Source of the DNA: Neovahlkampfia damariscottae
Lineage: Eukaryota
Direction: 5' to 3'
DNA length: 49,139 nt
Assembly (NCBI GenBank): GCA_016618085.1
Contig: JABLTG010000149.1
Coordinates: forward strand, 1 to 49,139
Shown here: positions 1 to 10,578 of the stretch, one piece after another
How positions within the stretch are numbered: position 1 is the first letter of the stretch
Layout: each line of letters opens with the position of its first letter
The notes under the pieces: model-generated
Databases searched by the model: none
Told to the model about the DNA's origin: nothing
Seen by the model: only the letters and a program-made list of their open reading frames with translations
Program-made: the position numbers and the translations under genes

Positions 1-2
1 AA

Positions 3-203
3 GATTATTTCAATTGTAAATATTGTAATTTTTCTCTTCCAAGAGATTATAATGGAGCAAGAAATATATTTCTGATGAATATACAAAATTTTATTGGAAA
101 TCCAAAAACTGCCAGTACTGCTGGCGACGGTCCTATCCCGAAAGAAACCTTGATTTTAATGTCTGGTCTGATTAATCAGAATGAACGGAAAAGTCAGTTT
201 TAA
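3..203 (+). mobile_element. 3' end of a TnpB/Fanzor-family RNA-guided endonuclease gene (5' part outside the window)
   Basis: Frame 3 is open from the window edge to TAA 201-203 and reads DYFNCKYCNFSLPRDYNGARNIFLMN. This is the second CxxC of the zinc ribbon (15-26) followed by the RuvC-III signature RDxNGARNI (42-68) of TnpB/Fanzor proteins. Confidence 0.85.
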
Positions 204-240
204 GATAGCGGAAGTAACGAATAGTTTCTTTGGATAAAAA
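100..240 (+). ncRNA. putative Fanzor omegaRNA scaffold / transposon right end
   Basis: GC-enriched island overlapping the Fanzor ORF 3' end. Stems: GCCAG 111-115 / CTGGC 121-125; palindrome TCTGATTAATCAGA 167-180; long-range AAAGAAAC 141-148 / GTTTCTTT 224-231, extended by TATCC/GGATA. Boundaries are approximate. Confidence 0.55.
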
Positions 241-253
241 ATGCAAATAATTT

Positions 254-1315
254 TTATTTCTTTTCTTGAATCATTTTTAAAATATATTCACTTGATTTAA
301 TTGAATCATTTTCTTTCCAAAAATGTTTTAATTCTTCTTGATTATTTTCTTTTATTTTTTCCAGAAAACCAATGAACTTTTCAGATAACTTTTCATAAGT
401 CTTTGTATAAAAGTTATTTCTGTCTTCCATTGAGCATGCTATTTCAATCCAACTTTTTAATAACGCAAATAACGAATAAAATGCAGATTCAAAATTTTCA
501 TTCTTCAAAAATTCATTGACAATTTCTATTAATCCAAATTTATTTGATTCATCAACAGTTGTAAAAATTGAATGAAAAGCTTCATCTGTTGAATGATAAT
601 AATCTAATTCAAATTCAAATTTATCTATAAAATGTTTAATATCTAATTTCTGTTGGATTTCTTTTTGTAAATTAAATTTGAATAATTCATTTGGAATTCC
701 AGATAAAATGACTCTTGAATCATTGAATATTTTGAATGGTTTTGTTATTACTCTAAAATTAAATTCAGGAGATGTTAATAATCTTTCAAACTGAATCATA
801 AATTCATTGTCACAAGAAATTATTTCAGTTTCTTTTTGAAATTGGGTACATTGTAATTTTAAACGAAATGAAGTATTTTCTTTAAAAATATCTTCTGGAT
901 TTTCTTCAAAATCTATTGGTGGATCTTTCAATGTAGAAATTGGAAACCAAGTACCTTTATATTCTCTAAATTCTTGAACATTTTGGACTCTATTTTGTTT
1001 TGTAAATTTAAAAGTAGGTACAAGTCCTTTTTCTAAAATTAAAGAATAAGTAAAATGAGCATGAATATTATTTGATATTATCCATTCATATTTTCCGAAA
1101 AAATATTTTGTTATTGAATCAACTCTTTTGAAGAATGCTTGTTTTTTACATTTTAGTTTATGTTTTGGCCAATCTATTCCTTGACAAATTTTGGTACAAT
1201 AAAATGCTTTTCTACAATAACTACATGATTTTAAAGTATTATAACTTGTGTGTAATTTTTGACATCCATCACATTTTATAGTTGGTTGTATTACTTGAGT
1301 CTCATTTTCAGACAT
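254..1315 (-). CDS. MYND-type zinc finger protein
   Basis: N-terminal CDGC...CSYCRKAFYCTKICQGIDWPKHKLKC matches the zf-MYND pattern; single exon, 353 aa. Confidence 0.85.
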   Translation of the reverse strand: MSENETQVIQPTIKCDGCQKLHTSYNTLKSCSYCRKAFYCTKICQGIDWPKHKLKCKKQAFFKRVDSITKYFFGKYEWIISNNIHAHFTYSLILEKGLVPTFKFTKQNRVQNVQEFREYKGTWFPISTLKDPPIDFEENPEDIFKENTSFRLKLQCTQFQKETEIISCDNEFMIQFERLLTSPEFNFRVITKPFKIFNDSRVILSGIPNELFKFNLQKEIQQKLDIKHFIDKFEFELDYYHSTDEAFHSIFTTVDESNKFGLIEIVNEFLKNENFESAFYSLFALLKSWIEIACSMEDRNNFYTKTYEKLSEKFIGFLEKIKENNQEELKHFWKENDSIKSSEYILKMIQEKK

Positions 1316-1371
1316 TATTTATGCTTCAAATTTGGTTGGTTGGTGTTTCGGAGATTTTTTATTCAAAATTT

Positions 1372-2563
1372 TTATTGTTTTGATAATTCAACAGCAAGAC
1401 CAATTCCAAATTTAACAAATTTTGTTGCTCTTGGCATATCTAAAAGTCCGATTAAATCATTAGCTGAATGAATAGCTCTGTTCGCCAAACTAAATGAACC
1501 AACTTCAAAACCAAAAGCTGATTTATATCCAGCTCTTGTCCATGAAGCATGATCTGAACAAGCATATCCACATCTCATATCAACTTGTGGTAATTTTCCA
1601 TACTTTTCAATTGATTTTCTTAAAACAGAGTTTACATCTGATGAAGTAAAATCAGTGACAACACCAACTCTTCCACCATTAGCAGCTGAATCATATCCAG
1701 TCATATCCATTTGTAACATTCCATGAACTTTTTTTCCATCTTGTTTGTATCTTTGAGCAACAGCTTGTGAACCAAGAAGACCAACTTCTTCAGCTGCATA
1801 ATGACTTTATTACTTTTAAACAAGAATTTTTAAACTTACTGCCATTCAACAGTTCTTTCTGGATCCCAGTTTTTGTCTTTAATCATAACTCTAAATGCTT
1901 CCATAACACTTGATGTACCACTCTATTTGATAAATTTAAAGAAATAAACTTACTGCGTCTAAAACAATAATTTAACACAAAAAAAAAAAAGTTACCATCG
2001 TCAGCACCTGGTGATCTTCTTGAAGCACCTCCTGCTGTTGAATCACAATGTGAACCTAAAATAACAAGTTCATCACGAACTGAAGCAGATTTTCCTCTAA
2101 AACGAACAATAACTGATGGTTGTTTCCATCTATGTTCAAAAAGTTCAACTGAAAGTCTTGCTTTTCTGTCTTTGTCTTTGATTGAATCAATAATATCTTC
2201 ATAATATTGTCTAATCCATTTTGATGCTTTTTCTGCATCTTCAGTTGTATAATAACGGTTGAAATAAGTTCCTAAATGGTTGATTGTAGCGTTTAATCTT
2301 TTTTCTGAAACTTTTGCAATCATTGGTTCAACAATTTTTTGCATGCGGAGTTCTGGAACAACTTTTGATGTTTCTAAAACTTTTCCTTGTTCTAATGTTT
2401 TTGTGTATGTAACATCCATAAAGTTTTCTCTTGCCATTGTAAGTCTATCGATTTCTGATACTGTCATCCATCTTCCTTGGTCATTTGGACTTGTTTTGAT
2501 TAAGTGTTTTTCTTCAACTGCTAAAACAGCAATTACAAAAACGAGGAGTAAATAAACTTTCAT
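1372..2563 (-). CDS. secreted M28-family leucyl aminopeptidase
   Basis: Signal peptide MKVYLLLVFVIAVLA; motifs GSHCDS, GADDDASG (after splicing), YAAEEVGLLGS, MLQMDMTGY, CGYACSDHASW, IHS. Introns 1959-1995, 1923-1953 and 1805-1839. Confidence 0.92.
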
Positions 2564-2675
2564 CTTTTTGTGAATGTTTTTGATTGGAAACGAAAATAGA
2601 AATTTATTGGTGCATTTTATCATTGGAAACAAAATTTATTGGTTAATAATATTTCCAAAACGGTGAGCACAAACC

Positions 2676-3915
2676 CTAAAATTTTTCAATAAATTCAGTT
2701 GGGAATCTGTAATTTTGTCTATCGACATATGTCCATAATTTATGACTTTCAATTTTTCCAAACGGATGACGAAAACCATTTGTTTCTCCTGATTCCCAAG
2801 TTTCTTTCATTAATTGAACCACAATACTGTAAAGGTCTTCATTTTGTCTAATTTCTTCCATTGAATTTAACCAATATAATTCAATCATTCCACCAAAAGT
2901 TCCACTGACTTTGTTCCATTTTGAAAAGGTCAATTTATCTTGATATTTATTCATATCAATTGAACAATGTTTTAAAATGAATGAATCAGTTTCTGACTTT
3001 ACTTTTTGTGTGGCTTCTTTTGAAACTACATTTTCAATAACAACATATCCATATCTCTTATAAAAGTCAATGTGGGTTTGTGTTAAATTTTTAAATGATT
3101 TTGTCAATTTTTCATTTTCTTTATTTTCCCATTTCTCATATCCATATAATTTTTTACCCAATTCTGAAAGTTCAAATGGTTCATAGTTGTTTTTTTCAAT
3201 AGATTTCCATTTAACTGGAAAATCTGATGGATGTTCACCTGTTTTTCTGCAAGTGATCTGATCTTCAATGATTGGAATGTTCATATGTTTTCTATCAGTG
3301 GTAAATACATCAGCTGTTAAATAACCAATATACATGGTCTTTCTAATTGAATCTGTTTTATTTTCGATTCCATTACAATGAGCAGCTCTAAAATCCCAAA
3401 TAATAAAATCACCTTCTTCATATAGATCTGATTTCAATAATTCATGTTCTTTTGATAAGTTTTGCATATTTTTAACAATATCTTCAAATTTCAGATCTTT
3501 TTTTTCATCAAATGAATATTTGGCAGGGGAATCAGAAAGTTTCCAATTTTTTGGAATTCTTTTAATTTCTTGAGGATTTAATATATCACCATCAAATTCT
3601 TCTGTTAATTTAACATTATATGATGAATAGAATCCATGTCTTCCTTTTGAATGTTTTTTGTAATACTCTTCGCACCATTGAGCGAATCCTGGGATAATTT
3701 CAAGTCCAGAATCACCTAATTTTTGATCATTTAAAGGAATTTGTGTTTGATATAAACGGAATCTGTCTAATGGTTCTGATAATTTTCCGTTTTTGTCTGT
3801 TTCTTTCTTCCACAAATCTAATTGTGTTAGAAGAAGTAGAATTACTATATGGGTTTGAATCTAAATGAACACCTGTTCCTCTTTGTAAACTTTGTTTATT
3901 TCCTGTTTTCTTCAT
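2676..3915 (-). CDS. phytanoyl-CoA dioxygenase (PhyH)-like Fe/2-oxoglutarate dioxygenase, apparently permuted
   Basis: HLDSNP (HxD), GLEIIPGF, GDFIIWD..AAHCN and R..MYI motifs, plus FYKRYGYVVIENV. A 28-nt intron at 3818-3845 joins the 62-aa and 379-aa ORFs. Confidence 0.75.
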
Positions 3916-4044
3916 TTGAATGCAAATTGAAAAATGATTTCATTGGCTAATAAACTTAGAAAAGTTCAATCCAGAAATGAAGTTGAGAAGAAATTTGTTC
4001 CATTTTGAAAATATTTGAAGCATTTCCGACATAATTTTATTTTC

Positions 4045-5064
4045 TTATAAATCATCATCATGAATTCTAAAATCTTCTTCAATATTAACTTTTCCAACAA
4101 TAATAGTGATGTCATCAATTTTACCACCAAGAAAAGGTTTTCCACTTTTACAAGCACTTTTTGCGAATGGTGAATAATAATCTTTTTCTATCATTTTATC
4201 TTTTGCTCTTGTCAATAATGAAGAAGAAACAAAGTCAATATCACCATCAGATTGTTTCATTACATCCAGGATATCAGAATCATATAAATTATCAAATAAA
4301 CCATCAGTTCCTTTTGATTATTCAATTTTAATTCTTTTCTTACCTAAAATTACAATATCATCATCTTGGACTTGAATTTTTCCAGTGTCTAATTTTTTTA
4401 AATCATTTTTTTGTTCAACAACTTGATCATCTTCCAACAGAGAAGGTGATATGTAAGTTAATTGATACGGATAATTAAATTGATGTTGTTGTGGTTTTGA
4501 TTTATAAATTAATTTGTTTGATCTGATGACCATAAAACCAGAGTCACCTAAATTTGCATAGTATAAATCTAAAATGATATTTACAAAAATGCTTAAACTT
4601 ACCACTTCCAAGAAGTGAAACTACACAAACAGTTGAACTACCTGCTTGGCATTGGTCATTTTCTAAAATATTATCGTATGAAGTTTGTATTATTTCTTTT
4701 GGTGTTCGTATTGTATAATCTTCTTGAGTTAGTTGTAAAGCATTTTCCATTAAACACCACGAAAAAGCTGATGAATCAAATTCTTCTTTATTTTTTACAA
4801 TTCGCTCCCATCCTCTGATACCATCTGCTACTCCTATAGTTGTATATAAAGTAGATATGAAATAGGCATCTTCTCCAATGTAAGGTACCTTCAAAATTAT
4901 TTTGAATTTGAATTAATCGTTACGTTTTTATTCCACTCTAAGTCGCTTGGTTTTCGAAATTTGGATTTATATGCCGATGAAGTGAGAAAAAAAGAACCAC
5001 TTGCTGAGTAATAATTGTTTTTTTGTGTGAATGAAGCTAGTAGTTTTTTTTTCAATTGTTTCAT
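4045..5064 (-). CDS. PTC7: PP2C-family protein phosphatase PTC7, likely mitochondrial
   Basis: Spliced motifs GEDAYF, GVADG, AGSSTVC, ANLGDSGF, QQHQFNYPYQL, GTDGLFDN, GGKIDDIT; basic N-terminal presequence; three short introns (first 4889-4923). Confidence 0.92.
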
Positions 5065-5413
5065 AAAGAAGAAATTGCTCGAAATAATCCTCCAATGATT
5101 TTCGTTTCGAAATATCTGGAGAGTAAATTTTCGGTTTTTGAAAATAAATATAAAATAAATAGCTTTCACCAGCTCTGATTCGTTTTTTGTTTCTGTAACC
5201 GCTTTTTTTTCATGGTGTCCAATCAACATTAAGCTTTTTGATCAAATTGTTTTTTGGAACAAAAGACTTCAAAAGATGTGAATGATCTTCCTAAATATTT
5301 GATGATACGGTTTTCATTGAAATCTCTTGATTAAATTAGAAACAGAGACTACTTGAATTGATTTTTATCCACCAATCATCATCAAACAAGTTTTTCAGAC
5401 ATCTTTTGAAACA

Positions 5414-6695
5414 ATGAGAGTTGGTTTCATCCACCCTGATTTAGGAATAGGTAATTGAAAATATAAATTCTAAAATATCAGGCGGAGCTGAAAGACTTGT
5501 TGTAGATGCAGGACTTGGTTTACAAGATTTAGGACATGAGATTGAATTTTTCACTTCACACCATTCAAAAGATCATTGTTTTGAGGAAACCAAAAATGGA
5601 ACACTGAAGGTAAATGTATATGGTGACTTTTTACCACGAAACATATTGGGATTTTTTCACATCTTTTTTGCAATACTGAGAATGGTAATTCAATCCATTT
5701 TTGACTCAAAATAATTAGCTTTATGTTTCATTAATTGTTTGTTTATTCCACAAAAAATTTGATGTTTTATTTGTTGATCAAGTTTCAGTTAACATTTTAA
5801 TCTTAAAATTATTTTCTTCTTCAAAGGTAAAAATAGTTATCAATTCAAAAATTAGATTGTTTTTTATTGTCATCATCCTGATAAGTTATTAGTTAAATCA
5901 GGTGCTAATATCATCAAAAAATTATACAGAATACCTTTTGATTATCTTGAAGAAAAAACAACAGGAATGTCAGATACCATACTTGTGAACTCAAAATACA
6001 CACAAGATGTTTTTAAAGCAGAATTTAAATCAATAAAAAAAACAACTGAAATACTTTATCCAGCAATTAATTTAAACAATTATGATATCAAACCTGATGA
6101 AAAACCTACAATTAATTTAACAAATAAAATTGCAATTACAAGTGTCAATAGATTTGAAAATAAGAAGAATATACCATTAGCAGTGAAAGCATTTGCTTTA
6201 TTAAAGAATAAATATCAAAATTTTAATGATTTAATTTTGGTTATAGGAGGAGGATATGACCCTAGAGTTGATGAAAACAAACAAGTTTTAGACGAATTAA
6301 AATCATTAATCAAAGAACTCAAAATTGAAGATAAAGTTACATTTTTACCATCATTTTCAAATGCAGATCGTTATGTTTTGTTTCATGAATCAAGAGTAAT
6401 TACTTATACACCAAAAAATGAACATTTTGGAATTGTACCTGTTGAAGCTCAGTATGGAGGTAGATTCGTGATTGCATGTAATAGTGGTGGTCCATTGGAA
6501 ACTATTTCTCATGGTAAAACAGGTTTTTTGGTTGATCCAAAACCAGAAGCATTTGCAGAGGCAATATTGAAAGTGTTGGAAATGAAAAATGAAGAATACG
6601 AAAAATTATCAAAAACTGCAAGACAAAATGTAATCGATAAGTTTTCTTTGAAATCTTTTTCAAATAAATTGAATAAAATTATTACTGATTTATAA
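5414..6695 (+). CDS. ALG2: alpha-1,3/1,6-mannosyltransferase ALG2
   Basis: Spliced N-terminus [54 protein letters not shown]. Introns 5451-5481, 5685-5718 and 5827-5855. Confidence 0.96.
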
Positions 6696-6833
6696 ACATT
6701 AACGTTCATTTTTTCAACTCAGAAAAATAACAGCTTGAGGAAGGAATTCAGTTGGAGTTCTCCACACTCGTAAATACTAAATTCAATGATCTTCTTTCAT
6801 TCTTTACATTTGTGCAAATCACAAAAGAAAAAT

Positions 6834-8100
6834 TTATTTTTGATTTTCCAACTTGAATATATAGTTTCCATTCATAACTTCAATAAATTCATTTTGCTTT
6901 TTGAATAATTGGATGCAATGGGAACAATTAATTTCACTCTTTTTAACATTAGAACAAATTTTGTTCATTTCTTTGGAGTCTGTCCTTTGGTTTATGTCCA
7001 ATAGTTTATGAGGTTTTTTGCTTCTAGTGCATGATAAATATCCTTCAACTGTCTTTTCTCCAGATTTGATTTTTTTTAACAGTTGATTTCTGACACTTTT
7101 TTCAAATGGAATTTCAATAAACACACGAATTATATCATTAAATTCTCTTTTAAAAACATCTTCAAATGCATCTTTTTCAACATATTCTTGGATTTCTTTG
7201 AATTTCGATTTTTGTGAATATTTCAAACATTCTGTCATTTCGAATTCTCTCGTGTATGGAGCTGTACCGCGAGTAGTAGGGTATTTTTGACATGGGATTT
7301 CATCTAAATCATTTTCTGTAAGATGGAATTTTTTTTTTGCTTCTGTTCCTGAAATAAAATGAAAATTGAATGAACATCGATGACAAACATTTCCATCAAC
7401 ATGTACATAAAAATATGATGCCATACCGTGACATTTAACACAAGATTGTTCAAATAAACGAATAAATATCATTTTTGATGGTGGCTCTTTCATCACTGTT
7501 TTATCCAATGATCTCATTTTCAATTCTAAAAATAACTTAGCTTCTCTTCTTGTATTTTCGTCCCACAAGTGATTGAAATTCTTTAATAAAATGGACCACA
7601 ATTCATTATTTTGTGTTAATTCATAAAAATCATGCGAAACCGAGGAAAGATTTGCGAGTATGTTAAAATCATCAGAGTAATGAATAATATGCTCCCAAAT
7701 CTCGATTGGAAGGTCTACAGATGAATCAAATTTCTTTTTTTTAACTTCATTTTCTAATAAATATCCAATTGAGTCTCTTTTTCTCTTTTTGGAATACAAT
7801 TCTTGATAAACTTCGTTACATTCAAAAATAAAATCAGAAATTGTTTGCAAGTCTTCTTTTTTATATTTATTTTGGTATTCTAAGAAATAGTTCAAAGTGA
7901 TAGGAATCACCTTCAAAATTTTGTAAAAAAAACATAATTACATTTTCTTGTTCATAACAGTGTAAGTGAAACCAACCAGGGACATAGCCACTTCCATGTC
8001 CATATATATTTGGTTTTTCAACTCTTAAGGTACCAACTCCAAATTTTTGTTTACAACCTTTACACTTTGATCTGTCAGAATCACAGTATTGGATGTTCAT
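6834..8100 (-). CDS. PARP-type zinc finger + F-box protein with XPA-like C-terminal segment
   Basis: Exon 1 YCDSDRSKCKGCKQK..GTLRV..WFHLHC (zf-PARP) is joined in frame by a 31-nt intron at 7911-7941. F-box DLPIEIWEHII..LSSVS..NELW; then CxxC..CxxC followed by ISGTEAKKKFHLTENDL. Confidence 0.75.
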
Positions 8101-8270
8101 TTTTAAATGATTGGTCCACTTTTGTTCACTGTTAAATGGAAAATTTACTCTTTATCGACAGAAACTGTTATTTTCATAAAACCAAATTTCTTTAACCTTT
8201 TGAGATTAAATTTAAGGGAAATTCTCCGATCCAATCAACACACACTCCAAACAAAAGTGAAAGGAAGAAA

Positions 8271-9011
8271 ATGAAAGTTTTTATTTTTTTGTTTTGTTTC
8301 ATATTTTTGTCCACTGAAGCTCAAAATAACAAATGTGTCAGCAGTGGCAGAAAATACTCACAATTCACAATTCAACTTTTTTTCAAAAAAAAATTAACTC
8401 AAAAAATACCAAATTTGACTTGTAATCCATACAAAGACAAAGATTGTAAAGGTTTTAAATTTCCATGGGGTGACAAAGATTCAAAAATTCAAAAAGGTGT
8501 TTGTGCGATCAAATATCAAACAAATGAAAAACAAGAGTATTCATTATGGAATTATTCATCAAAAGAAAATGCAATCAAAAATGGAGCAATTGTAACACAT
8601 GATGGATTATGTGGTTCTTGTTCAACTTTACAAGATTTAGCAGTTTATATGAATCATGTTGATTTAACTTCACCTGTGAGACAATGTGGATTTTATGGAT
8701 TTGTCAACAGAGAATGGAGCATGAATTGTTTAAAAAAATTAGGTTTCAGTGAATCTTGTGCTGATATTTGGTATTATAATACTGTAAACACAAGAAAAAG
8801 TTGTCTTTGGATTTGTTTAAGACATTTAAGATCACCATACAATGACCCGAATAATAACTGTAAATTAAATGATTGTTTACAATGTGATGAAGATATTAGT
8901 GGTCCTATATTCAAAGAATTTTCAGGAAGAACACGAAGAAATTCAGGTTTATTCAGTGCAATTTATCGACCACCTTCAACAATCTTTGATATCAAACATG
9001 ATTATCATTAA
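8271..9011 (+). CDS. secreted cysteine-rich protein of unknown function
   Basis: Signal peptide; many Cys; motifs VTHDGLCGSCSTLQDL, CLQCDE..SGP.F, GRTRRNSG. Confidence 0.8.
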   Translation: MKVFIFLFCFIFLSTEAQNNKCVSSGRKYSQFTIQLFFKKKLTQKIPNLTCNPYKDKDCKGFKFPWGDKDSKIQKGVCAIKYQTNEKQEYSLWNYSSKENAIKNGAIVTHDGLCGSCSTLQDLAVYMNHVDLTSPVRQCGFYGFVNREWSMNCLKKLGFSESCADIWYYNTVNTRKSCLWICLRHLRSPYNDPNNNCKLNDCLQCDEDISGPIFKEFSGRTRRNSGLFSAIYRPPSTIFDIKHDYH

Positions 9012-9015
9012 TTTT

Positions 9016-10447
9016 TTATTTTGATTTTAAATATTCAAATAAACTTTCTCCTTTATATTTTGTTTTGTAATTGATCAATTCCAAATAAAGTTCACCAACA
9101 GCGATATTTTTTTCAATCACGTATTTCATTACTCCTTTAATATCTGACGAAAGTTTTTCATCTCTGAAAGTATAATAGAACATTTCTTGATCTGCTTCAG
9201 TTGCTGAAATCCATTGAATCATTGATTTCAAATGTTTATCTCCTTGAAATGCTCCACATCCCCTTTTGAAATTGTTAGATAATTTTTCTCTTACCAATTT
9301 CCAGTGGCCACTTTTTTATAATCATTTTTTGAAAATGCCACAAATGATTTTATAGTTTCTCTTTCAATTTCTTTTTCTTCCCATTGAACACTTGGTTTTC
9401 CAATATATATTCTTGCATCCATGGCAACTGTTTGATTTAAATTGAATCCTTTTTCATCAATATTTTGATCATAAAAATTTCCACCATATTCCAAAGAAAA
9501 TGCATATCCTTTGTATGATGAGAATTTCTCTGCTCCTTTGATGACAACAGTTTCAGTGCTCTGCATCACTGGAGTGAATAATCTGGAACAAATACACTCT
9601 GGATTTGTCGAAAATAGTATTTCTTCTTGAACGCAACCATAAGATATACAAGCTCCACCAATAAATGCATTGGCAAAATCTGCTTGTAGACCATCCATAC
9701 AATCTTCAATTACTCCCTCAGACAAAACAGTCGCCATTTTAAATTTTTTGTTACTTTTTGAGAAATCATGAGGCTTATTTAAACATTTTCTGATGAATTG
9801 AACATTTCCTTTTGGCACTTTAATGAGGGTTATTGTGAATCTGTTAAATTACTAGATTTTGATATTCTTTCGAAATAATTTAAGAACATTTTAATTTTTG
9901 CAACTTTAGCTCCAAAATTTGCTTTTCCATCAAATAAATCATCTAAATTTATTGATGGCAATTGATAAATTCCCCATAGTTGTTCATCAGATGATCTTTC
10001 AAAAGTTCCAAAAAAACTGTTTGCAATGATGCAAGCACATTGTTCTCTTGTGAAACTAATTTCATTTTCTTTTGAATGTATCAACATCGGTATATCATTT
10101 GGAAATAATTTTTCTGTTTTTAAAACCAAATTTTGAAGAAATGGGATTGTATTTTCATAGAATTCTTTTTTTTCTTTTGTGGTCATATTTTCTTCAACAA
10201 ATGACAAAACATCAAGTTCAATTTCAAATCTCAAACAATTTGAACAAGTTTTCTGATTGATAATGATGAGTTTTTACTTTTTTATTACTTTTAAATCTTC
10301 AAATGTTTTAATTTCTGTTTTTACTATTTCCATCGATTCTTTCCATCTTTTTTCATTTTTAAAAGGAAAAGGAATATATTCTGGTATCTTGTAGCCTGTT
10401 TGTAACTTTGCAATTTCAGCTTTGTCATGTTTTTTTGTTGTTTTCAT
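9016..10447 (-). CDS. PARG: poly(ADP-ribose) glycohydrolase
   Basis: LQADFANAFIGG..GCVQEEILF catalytic loop and spliced ATGNWGCGAFQGD; three short introns. Confidence 0.95.
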
Positions 10448-10578
10448 CTGATTTTATTTTTAGATTTTTTTATCCAATCACTTCTCTTAAGAAAACTTGT
10501 TGGATGAAAATTCGTTGGTGCATTTCATTGTGGCTTGGATAATTCAAAAATTAAGGCTGAAATACCAATTCAAACTTA

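Noticed and set aside
5230..5410. Possible C/D-box snoRNA (TGATGA near 5300) in the PTC7-ALG2 spacer
   Set aside because: No properly placed CTGA D box or terminal stem was found.
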